Assembly (NCBI GenBank): GCA_039545335.1
Contig: BCIN01000001.1
Coordinates: 1,410,604 to 1,474,603, forward strand
Direction: 5' to 3'
Length of the DNA stretch: 64,000 nucleotides
Origin: Kondoa subrosea
Taxonomy: Eukaryota
This document shows, piece by piece, positions 53,957 through 64,000 of the stretch. The stretch's first letter is position 1. Every line of letters begins with the position of its first letter. The position numbers and the translations under genes are program-made. Below the pieces are notes generated by a model. That model did not search any database and was not told the DNA's origin. It saw only the letters and a list, made by a program, of their open reading frames with translations.

Positions 53957-54955
53957 TTATCTGTTAACAATCACCTCGCTTGTCTTTGCCATGCCCGTGA
54001 TTACGATACTTCCCAAAGCGAAGATCAAATCTTGCTTGATGGTGTTAACAGCTGGTCCGGACCGTTCTGATGTTGTAGCTTGCTTTTGAACTTCTTGAAC
54101 TTCTGATGGCGCATGACGAAGAAAATAAAGACTAACAGAACCAATCGCTAGGAGACAATAAATTGGATTGATCTTGAAATGAACTGCTGCTTTTGTGCTC
54201 CCTTGGGTAGTTGCTGAGGATGATAAGAAGTAAGGTAAGATTAAGAGAAGGCGCTGTGCCAGAATGATCGGAATGAATGCTTCGTTATTCACAACTTCAG
54301 GTGTCCAATTCAATATAAAGAGGTAACCCATTATCCATACGAGCAAATAAGGTGATGGAGGTATTCTGTTTGAAGTGAGAGGAAAGACTTGTATGGCTAT
54401 CGAGAAGAGGTTGAGAACGAAAGAGATCGGTAAGATTTGACCGAGCAAGAAATATGCCAACAGATGAGGGACGCGTCTACTTGGTCCTGTGGTCTAAGAT
54501 GAGCGAGGACCATCATCAAAGACCCAAACGAGCCGACCTTCAGTACTCATAAACACTTCCATACCCATTGTTAGGATCAGAAATTGTTGAGTCCATGGCC
54601 AAGCTCTCTCTCCTGCTATCTCCGTTGCGAAGTCTCTGAAGAGATTAGACGTGCTAGCCCAATGCCAAACTTCCAGATCCCGCAATGCCCCATCTTCGAT
54701 TGTAGCCGGTAGAGATCGCTCAATAGCCCAACGATGATAAGAGCAGAAAAGAACGTAAAGCATATTGTAGCTCAGCAAGGAGAAGCTCAAAAGAGCTAGA
54801 AAAGAAGAAAGCCATAATGTCCAAGTGACATTTCGACCGCGGGATGAAAATCGCTTTAAGAGATCAGAAACGATGATGGCAGTCAGAAGAAGGGCTGCTA
54901 CTATGTAAGAGAAGAAGAGAATCGCGCCCAGAACATTGCTCTTCTCGTCGTGCAT
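53957..54955 (-). CDS. Multi-pass membrane protein of unknown function (two exons)
   Basis: NVLGAILFFSYIVAALLLT, LSYNML, WHWA..SNLF.DFA and AYFLLGQILPISF. Confidence 0.75.
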
Positions 54956-55235
54956 ACGGAACAGCAACAGCGAATAGTATGGTCGGAACTTGTCTGCGAT
55001 GCTCTAAAATGGCGCTGATCTAGATAAGCCAATGGCACGAAGACATACTTCGCACTAGCGCGACGAAGAAGAAGCAGAGAAAATGGTATCAATGAAAGAG
55101 AAACTATACAAGCGTGCATCCCACCAAAGAGTCTGATCATTCCATGCTGACCTGCCAAACCCCTTCTGCCTGTTACCCTATACATGCATACCAACAAACA
55201 TGGTTCAATTGACCATATTAGTGATTCGAAATCAT

Positions 55236-57154
55236 TTAGGAGAGGAGAGGGTCTTCAGACTATTGACAGACAACTTCTGAAAATCAGCTCATGCTTGAAA
55301 GGTAGCACAAGGACTGACCTTATCGAGAAGCCCATCTTGCTTCACTGCATCAGCAGGTACTTCGTCATTTTTGCTGTCCTGCTTGTTTGATCGAGGTTCT
55401 ACTTCGATGCCTTCACGACGTAGGGCTGCAGCGATGGAAGAGACAGTAGCTTCATCGTCATCCGAGTCGTCTTGAATCTGCTGTAATGTCGAAGGAAAGC
55501 AGGGAAAAGAGAGGGAAGGGAAAGAATGTTCTCAATACAATATCAATGCAGCGCAACAATTAATCATGACTAACCACAGGCTTATTTCCGCCATACCCAT
55601 TATCCTCTTCTTGTCTTTCATTACTCGAATCTCCACTACCCCAACCTCCTTGAGGCTCTTGAGAACCAGGTACGTTTCCAGATGAACCGGCCAAATTGCC
55701 CAAGCTTGTGCCAGTAGCATTGCCACGAGACTTGAATGGATTTGGTAGATCATCCCATGTAGGCGTGTTGAATCCAACTTTCTTCTCAACGCGCTCTCCA
55801 ACCCATTCATACCAATCGTCCATCGTCCTTCCGTTGAGTAAAGCAACGACCATGAGGGTCATATTGTCGCAACCTACGCCTCCCCAATCGGAATCCGGTG
55901 CTAAGCAGTGATCAATCAAATCTTCGCAGATTTTGTCTAGCGGTCTCTTTTCTGCGATTTTGCGGCGAATAAAGTCGACTGCGTTTTGTGAAGTCATGAC
56001 ATCCCAAATACCTATAGCACACTAGTTAGCAATCGTTTTTGACTGGAATGGTGCCACGCCTCACCATCGCAAGCCAGTATCAGGAACTCATCCTCATCAG
56101 TCTTTTCATGGCAGATGATATCCGGGTCCGCAGTAACGACTTGCTTCTCGGCTGAAAGAGTTCCATTCTGCTTGAATTCGAAATCGCCTAATGCTCTTGA
56201 TAGTGCTAGATTGCCTGTTGGTTGCGACAGTTTTTAGCCTAATATGAGACTAAATCCAGCATGCAACCAACCGTTGACTCTGCCAAACTCTACAAAGCCA
56301 CCTGCGGCTACTATTCTTGCATTCTCATCCTTGTTGACAGGTTTGTGATCATAAGACATTGGTTTCGCTTCTCCCTTGACGCATAGAACAGATCTCGAAT
56401 CGCCTGCATTGGCCTGTGATGCACCCAGAATATGCAATCAGGCCAAGCTGCATTACATTCAGGATCCACGCACGCAATAAATAGACCCTTGAGGGGTAAT
56501 GAGTGTTACGACAGCTGTACAGCCTGAAGGATCATTCTGGAAATCAGGATCTGCACAGATCCGTCAGAAGAAGAACAGTGGGGCAGTCAAGACGATGAAC
56601 GCACTACTCCTTAGATCTTCATCGGTCGAAATGAAAGCTCTTTTCAATGCCGCTTCATACTTCTTATTCTTGTAATCATCTATGCCTTGTAACCTCGAAT
56701 GTACTGTATCTCCTGCGAATCTTGCTACCGTCGAACCTGTCAGCAGATAACTCTTTCAAGTTTGATCAAACATGACATGAACCATCAGCCGACCTCCATG
56801 ACCATCATACACTGAGAAGAAGGACATCTTTTCTTTTGAATCCCCATCGGAAGATTTGTCCAAGTCCAAGATTGTAGAGTGCGAGTCTTCCATAGCTGTT
56901 GAAACAGCAAAAAGTGACAAATCAGCCATCTATACTGATTCCGGTTGGTGGAAGTCGTTCATAATAGCCCATACAAGTGCACACAGCAAGCGACATAGTC
57001 GAAAGAAGGGCGAGAATGATAGAAGTACGTAGAAATTGGCAAAACACATACTTAACCGCCAGCCTTGCATTTCCGATACACCATAAGCCAACCTTTCATC
57101 CTGTCCTGCGTCGCTGTGCTTCTGTGTAATCGGTTCACTGAGTGTCTGTCCCAT
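55236..57154 (-). CDS. PTC2: Protein phosphatase 2C, Ptc2/Ptc3 type
   Basis: [53 protein letters not shown] and GCDNMT. Confidence 0.95.
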
Positions 57155-57509
57155 TGTTCAGGTGACTAAGAGGGCTGGTGAAGAAAAAGGAAGCCTGAGT
57201 TTATGAAGGCGCAATCGATTCCAAGGCAGAGGTACAGGTATTGGGTGCCTAAGGATTAAGCTGTAAGTGTTGCTTGGTATCTAGAGCAGGCTCAGAAATC
57301 TAAGGAATGACAAATTCGTTTGAGGGCAAGAGGCGATTTCTTGAGGAGGTTCGAGAGCGTGACTCTTGATAAAAAGCTAAAAAGAGCAGCAAGTAGCAAG
57401 GGATAAGCTGTGACAAGGTACAAGGTTAGATAACACATCAATGATGCTGCTCTCTCCGTCAGGCACAGTATACGCAGAAACGCCTGATTTCAGATGTGTC
57501 ATCAATCTT

Positions 57510-59003
57510 TTACTCTTCTCTTTCGTCTTCCTCTTGTGAGTCGTCGTGATTTGGTACTCGCTACCATACGGATCAGACGAGAAGAATTGAACCAGAATGC
57601 ACTCACGATCCCTTTTTCCTCTTTATCTACGTTAGAAAAGTATCAATCCATTGTGTTCTAGTAAAAGCTTTGAGTACCTACAGATATCCAAATGATACGT
57701 ATTGACTTCTAAAGCCCATTGCAGAAGCGTTTGCCGTATTCCAGGTGAAACAGTTTCCGCGTCATCATCTGGAACTTCATCAACTCCAGCAGAAACGTAT
57801 TTGCCCAGCAATATCTGTATATACTATATTAGTAATCTGGATTCAGACTAAGACAATTGCGACTTGCCCTTCGCCATCGACCGCTGTTTTGACTCGCCAG
57901 TTTCACCCAACGCTTGATCTGCCGTTCATCGTCCTCGCATCGCCTTCCAGCGTAGAAACGACAATACCTGCCGATAGACATATGAGAAACTCTTTGCATA
58001 GGGACAGACGTCTGGCATACCACTGAAACCAGCCTCGAACACTGGTTGAAATTGTCAGTTCCGATAAGGCTCGACTCATCATTATAGCTGACTCATGAGT
58101 ATGTTCTATCCACCCAGCTTTCTCCCAATCCTCAATCGACTATCCCATCATAAGGTAAATCTCTTTAAGCTTCGTGAAAACAAGACTCACCTGACCAACC
58201 CTTACTTTGAATCGATTAACATCAGGATCCGGTTCTGATTGCGTTAAATACTGTTCATGCCCGTACAATGTTAGTATTCGAAAACACTAGCATCTATCGG
58301 GATGATGAACCTTTTGTACATCTAGACCTGCATACCACTCTGAAGGTAAATCTTCCCAATCATCGTGAAACTCCTTTTTCAGTGTCGTGCTATCTGCTGT
58401 TTCAGCGATATCTCGTGTAGGAATTAACAATAACACAAACCTATAAAGCGGTCTAAAGTAGCTTCCTCCAAAGACTCCTTTAGGACCAGATATTTGAGAC
58501 ACTAGCAAAGAAGTGAAAGGAAAGGCAGGAGACTATACCTTTGCGTATCATCTCTTCTGGACTGGCATTAGGTTTGAATCCGTTCGAAAGAGCTGCTTCA
58601 CAATCGTCGAAAGAGAATTCTCTGGTTTTCCTATGTCTTGATGGAGCAGGTGCAGCTATACATCCGCATAAGAACTATCGACAACACGCAGAGTAAACGG
58701 AAACAGACTGAAAGAGAATGACAGCATAGGTGAGGGAGGTTCGAAAACACGAAGCTTCTCGCTCTTGACTGCAGCAGCAGACTCAGAAGGTTTGTTAGGT
58801 TTGGAAGAAGAAGAAGAAGTGGATGCTACAGGAATAGCAGCAGCCGCTGGCTCTGCCTTGAGCGGTTCAGGATCGCTCTCAAGATCATCATCCAGTTTCA
58901 GTCGTTTAGCTGGAGAATCTGCTTCGGCTTGCTTGCGTTTGGATGAGCGAGTTGGCGTAGCTGCTTCTTTTGTCTTTGCTGCTCGCTTGCCTTTAGGTGG
59001 CAT
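57510..59003 (-). CDS. Conserved protein of unknown function with a basic, NLS-like disordered N-terminus
   Basis: FKPNASPEEMIRK..GVFGGSYFRP, W..GLD, VNRFKVRVGQ, RGWFQW, YCRFYAGRRCEDDERQIKRW and VSPGIRQTLLQWA. Confidence 0.8.
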
Positions 59004-59162
59004 GGTGAATGGATGGGAATTGGATGTCAAGAAAAAACAGACATTCAAATGAAATCATGCAGATCTTCGGACCGCTGGCAATGGCAAAGGTTCACCGAGC
59101 AGATAACGAATACAAAGATAACGCTATGCAATGCATTCATTTGCTTCTGCTTAAACACCCAA

Positions 59163-60382
59163 TCAATCTCTCTTCAACGGTCTTCGCTGTAATTCCATAG
59201 TCACTTTCCCTCCTTCTTCCGTCGGCGCTTTAATAATGAGCATTTCCAATCCATCACCACTGTCATTCCCGAAGATTCTGTTATCAGCTCAATACTGAAC
59301 TCAGGAATTGCAAGAACTGACACTTCGATATGTCTTTCCGTTGCACCGGTGAAAGCATCCACTACCAAAGCTGTAACTCTTTCCAAAGGTAAATTACTCC
59401 TTCCACCATGTTTGACGAATTTAGGTGTGTTTGGGTCTGTGTCATTTGGATCATCGACCAAATTCTTCCCATTGACCTGTAAGTTCCCAGATGACGATTA
59501 AGATGAAATATACATCTTTTAAGCCATCGTATGAACTTACCTGGTTATCGAGGAAAGGTTGAATAAGCGATTGCGCTGATCCGGCTGCTCGACAAGATTC
59601 TCTTTCGTATGATCCAACAGGGTCGAATCCATACACCGCTCCCGTCCCATCTCTATCAATTCCCCCAACTAAATCATGATCTTTCTCAGCTGAAGATCGA
59701 TTGAACAGAGAAAGGAAAAGCTCACGAATGACACTGAAACACAAAAATTAGAATGAGAATGAAAGAAGATGATAGAGATGAGAACGCACTATGCATAATA
59801 AGGGAAGAAACGTTTGCCGTAAAGCATAGTCTGCACCAATCGAGCAATAGCAGCTAGATCTGGGTATTTCTGATGCGTGTGGTAATACCACTGTGCATGG
59901 GATCAACAACACAGCTAAACTACTAGCAGAGACTCAGCGATCCAACGCACATCTAATCTCATCTTCAGGTTCTTAAGTAGCGCATTGCCATCTGCCATAA
60001 AGCCTTGAATCGCAATAGCTACCTGTGAGCGTTCACCATCGAATTAAGCATAATCACACCATGCATACTCTGATATAGCTCACTCTATCCGTCAGCTGAT
60101 GTATTCTAGGCTGATAGCGAGTCTGAATGTTGTAGCCTTGAGATTGTCTTGTGTCAGAAGCGACAATTGCGAAACCATGAGATGAAATGGACAAGATAGT
60201 GCCTCCATTATCTGTTATTAAGGGGCATTCTTATAAGCTTATCCTCCTCTATACGTGCTCTAGTAAGGTCAGAACTTGCCATCGTAAGGACTGAATCTGT
60301 GCTCTGTTGGATTCGTCACCTCGCCAAAAGGTTTGTACGGCTCGACAACTGGCGCGAAGCTAGGGTGCTGGGCGAAGGACAT
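59163..60382 (-). CDS. PRE7: 20S proteasome subunit beta-6
   Basis: HRFSPY.DNGGTIL, DTRQSQGYNI, KRFFPYY, FDPVGSYERE, IQPFLDNQ, DAFTGATERHIEVGDG and LKRD*. Confidence 0.96.
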
Positions 60383-60846
60383 GACTGCAGATGCGCAAGC
60401 GGTGTCTGTAATGTGCGAAGTGAAGAAGTACGTGGTAGTTACGGAAAAGCTCCCAATTACACCAGCGCGCTCTACCGATGATGTGAATGGACAGTCCGCA
60501 ACACGACAGACAGCTATCGTAGTGTGCACGATAATGCAATTATTGTTAAAGAAGTGAAATGCTATGCTTTGTTTAATGTGGACAAAGTACAAGACGAGAA
60601 GAAGTGCTGTTCAACAACAACAAGATCAGTATCCGAAGAAGGACACGAGGTAACGAAGACATACTGAAGACAACGGACAAAGAACTTAGAAGAAAGCCTT
60701 AGCATTCTTCTGACTTATATTGATCCGTAGAGTAGAGCTCATCCTTCTGCGTCTGTAGGCAAATCAGGCTGACACAGAAGAACTTAGAAACGACATACGT
60801 TATTGCCATCAATGTTGTCGATACCTATTTTCCGATCTAAAGTACA

Positions 60847-61494
60847 TTAGCATGACCGCAACGGAGTAGCAAAATGTTGCTCACTTATCAAACGGAACCC
60901 TGGACGTGGAATAGTATGGACAGCGTCTAGCCAGGTACTAGAAGTACGAGGAAAGAAGAAGAAGAGATTTATGGCCATGCCGACGATCGCAAGCAAACCA
61001 ATGAAATTCACCGCTAGCTTGTCGGCCAAGTTGGGTTCAGTCTCCCAAGGAGACGCCAGATACCCTTGTGTGATAATCACAGTAGTCGATATGACTAGGG
61101 GGTATGCCGTTGCGACCATAATGAGAAGAATTCCATCGCCAATTGTTGAAATTTTTATATCAAAGTGCTTGAGAAAAGGATTCGACATAGAGGTCATGTG
61201 CAGAAGAAGGGCAACTGGTTGTATCATGGTGCAAACTACAGCTGCCGGATTCGCAGGGTCTAGATCGATCTCGCTCGACAGAGCAATTCGTATGACCATC
61301 CAAAGAAATGAGCCGAACAAGAACATGATCACGCCAGTGTAGTAAAAGTTCACCAGTGATGAAGCCATGTCTACCTTGGAGATTAGCATCTGCTTAGAAT
61401 CGTAGGGGAGGACCTGACTATATGGATGAATTCCTGTGTCAATCCTGAGTATTACTTCAGTGGACAAGCGATCAACAGTCGGTCGTTCAGACAC
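60847..61494 (-). CDS. Orphan membrane protein with about four TM segments
   Basis: 215-aa ORF with several long hydrophobic stretches and no recognised motif. Confidence 0.55.
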   Translation of the reverse strand: MSERPTVDRLSTEVILRIDTGIHPYSQVLPYDSKQMLISKVDMASSLVNFYYTGVIMFLFGSFLWMVIRIALSSEIDLDPANPAAVVCTMIQPVALLLHMTSMSNPFLKHFDIKISTIGDGILLIMVATAYPLVISTTVIITQGYLASPWETEPNLADKLAVNFIGLLAIVGMAINLFFFFPRTSSTWLDAVHTIPRPGFRLISEQHFATPLRSC

Positions 61495-61964
61495 TCTCTA
61501 CTCTTGCTCTTGACGTGTCTTGCGATTGATGGTCCAGGAGAAATCAAGTGCAGCCATCGCATTCCAAGAGTATATTCCAGACGAGACCATAACAAGTTCC
61601 TGACTTCGCATTATTCACGATGTGCCCACAGACCAGCTGTACTTCGCTGAAGATGCAGGAGGAGACAGAGGCAAAGATCAATGTCGCTGACAGCTGAAAA
61701 CAATCTGGGTCGCTTTCGTGCAACGTTGCCATCAAGCTCTATCATCTCTGTGTCATATGTCATATATGAGGAAAAGTAGCAGCTGCATGACGCGCTGCTG
61801 CATTATCCTAGAGCTGTTCCCGATCAACGACTGCAACGCCAAAATATATGCACAGACCCCGTCACCCCGTTCTTCACTTTTCCCCTTTGCATGGCTCTGG
61901 CTCTGCTCTGCTCTTGCTTTTTGACCATTGGTTTCATCCACTTTTTTACGAAGATCTGACCAAA

Positions 61965-63387
61965 ATGCTTTCCAAGGCTCTTACATTAATCATTCTTTCA
62001 ATTCTAGCTCTCGCTTTCGAAGCTCCTTTCCCTCGTCCTCTGCGCCAAACTACGCGCGATCAGATCATTGCTAGACAGAATCAGCATCATCGTTTGGCTA
62101 GACGAAGTGAAGCTAGTCCTGTCTCTTGTCCAAACGGGTCAGCGAATCTCACTACGAAAGTTGACATACGACTGATTTCTGTCACCTTTCAGCTTCCGAG
62201 ACGTCTCCAGTAACACTTGTTGTGCTTCTGGTGTTGGTCAAACGGATGGTAGCTGTTGCGACGTCAAAGGTATGTTAGATCAGCTTTGTTGAAAAGCAAA
62301 TACTGACTCATTATGCAGACGTCAATCAGAACACTGAACCCAAAAGCTGTTGTTCGTCTGGAACGACCTTTGCTGGTGGAGAATGCTGTGCTTCTTCTGA
62401 GGTTTATAATACCGTTTGTGGGCTGGAATGTTGCACGAATGGTCAAGTTTATCGACCTGTAAGTGAAGTACATGCAGTTCAGACATACAACTGATTCGCC
62501 GCGATCTTTACTTGCAGACTCCCGCTGCCGATCGAGACTGTTGCCCTTCTGGCTCTACCGTTGTGACTGCTGAAGATGGGACACAACAATGCTGCGGAGC
62601 GTCTAGTACATACATGCAGGACGGGTAAGTAGTATCTTCATCTGAATGAAAGAGGTCTGATCTATCTTGAGTAGCGTCGCCAAATGCTGCCCAGGCGGTG
62701 GAACAGCTATTTCCGACGGAAGCGCATCCAGTTGCTGCGCAAATGGCGGGGACATCAAGCCGTATCAAGGTCATCAGATTTGCTGCCCTCCTGATTCTGA
62801 TGATACTCGCTGTCCACCCGAGGAAGCTTCGCCTAACCCTGGTCGCAAACGCGAACTAAGTCCCTCTTCCCCTGACTTCTTCTCCTCCGCCGAAAAACCA
62901 GCAATGTCTTCCCATGGTCATCGAACACTTCTCAATGCTGAATTAGCTGCTCAGTATTTGCTCAATGGTGGATCTTTCGAACACGATGGCAAGTCTTATC
63001 AAGACGAATACGAGAAAAGGAAGACCGTGTCTGCTTGGAAGCGAGTTTTGTCTACTGGTGGGAATGCTTTAGCAAAGTATGCTTTCCAAGGCCCTTTGTT
63101 TTGCAAGGGATTCATCAGAGTCAGTCCCTTTCCGTTGTCTGCGATCGGCGCATCGGAGCTAATTTAGTTTCTTGCAGAACATTGAGGAAGAGCGACCTAT
63201 GGCTTTAAGTCCATTGTTCAGCTTCCACACTCGCGATATTCCCGAAATTTGGGCAAGACTCTCAGCTCGAGACGATTTTGATGGCATTCTTTACAAAGGT
63301 GTTCACTTTACTCGCAACACCATCGATAGCTTGGCCGCGCTTCATCCCAGATTCAATGCAAGTCTGGTTGAAGAGTACAAGAAGTGA
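61965..63387 (+). CDS. Secreted Cys-rich precursor with ten CC doublets flanked by dibasic sites and a C-terminal non-Cys domain
   Basis: Signal MLSKALTLIILSILALA, RRSEASP, CC repeats across four exons and EASPNPGRKR. Confidence 0.8.
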
Positions 63388-63565
63388 AACATCCGGACAA
63401 GTGATCGAATCAAATGCTAAACAGGTATTATCATGAAGTAATCCGTGCGCCGAAAAAGCAGTATAGTAGCATAAGTATGAAGAAATGACGAGCCTTTTCG
63501 CTATCTTTTCGCAGTTTCTCCAAACCCCACGTTTGTCAAAAAGTTTTACTCACTGATAGACCACG

Positions 63566-64000
63566 ATGCCAGCGATATTTGGGCACTTGCCATTCTTGCC
63601 AGTCATTGCCAAGGATGAAGCAAACCAGCTACCCAGCGAAGATCTGTTGCTGCCTTTGGCTAGAATTGCGCCTATTGTGATTCCGACAGCAGCGCTTCGA
63701 TCAGTCCTCAATGTCCTGCCTGCGACATCCGAATACTGGGTCTTGGTCGAACCTGGTCTGCACTTGGATGTGATTGTAGCTCTTCTAGATGCTGGCGCTT
63801 CTCGTTTGGTTACATCGGACTTTTCATTACTTGGTCAAATACCTGCAGAACGACTGGTTCTCGCTCTGAATCCAGACTCAATACAATCTCTGTCTGCTCA
63901 CAAAGATGCTACATCGCTGGCTCAAGCTGTATCGGGCATCTTCCTCGAAACTCCGTTGAATCAAGATTCGGAAGGTTTCGATAAGAACCTGATATCGACT
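63566..64000 (+). CDS. HIS4: 5' part of the trifunctional histidine biosynthesis protein (runs off the window)
   Basis: N-terminal PFLP...VALLDAGASRLV..QIPAERLVL resembles the fungal His4 N-terminal extension. Catalytic domains lie outside the window. Confidence 0.65.
   Translation, partial: MPAIFGHLPFLPVIAKDEANQLPSEDLLLPLARIAPIVIPTAALRSVLNVLPATSEYWVLVEPGLHLDVIVALLDAGASRLVTSDFSLLGQIPAERLVLALNPDSIQSLSAHKDATSLAQAVSGIFLETPLNQDSEGFDKNLIST

Noticed and set aside
57510..59003. DCN1-like cullin neddylation protein
   Set aside because: The first impression came from the basic N-terminus. The spliced sequence lacks PONY-domain motifs and fits a different uncharacterised family.

Overview
Eukaryotic DNA from a gene-dense, intron-rich fungal genome (GT-AG introns of about 45-70 nt, many microexons). 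The proteins look basidiomycete, possibly Pucciniomycotina, but that is inference. About 30 genes were reconstructed by eye, so boundaries are approximate. Most are housekeeping: TGS1, COX13, MON2, PKC1, a WDR44-like protein, TAF7, acetoacetyl-CoA synthetase, GPI18, ICE2, an aspartic protease, IRC22/TRAP-alpha, ALG10, ALG12, an SDR, PTC2-like PP2C, PRE7 and the start of HIS4. Three features stand out. (1) At 386-2525 a Rib7/RibD-type reductase domain runs in frame, with no stop or intron at the junction, into a Cak1/Csk1-like CDK-family kinase. (2) A roughly 4.4 kb island at 27400-31840 holds two truncated copies of the ING3/Yng2 5' end, an intron-bearing internal MCM4 fragment and a frameshifted DUF1348 gene, with an intact 12-exon orphan C2HC zinc-finger gene between the ING copies. 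(3) An orphan gene at 47270-48663 resembles the meiotic TopoVIB-like (Rec102/Rec6/TOP6BL) subunit and has MCB boxes upstream. Also present are a Mutator/FAR1-type double zinc-ribbon gene, an orphan 7-TM protein and a Kex2-processed secreted protein with ten Cys-Cys doublets. No tRNA, rRNA or CRISPR array was seen.
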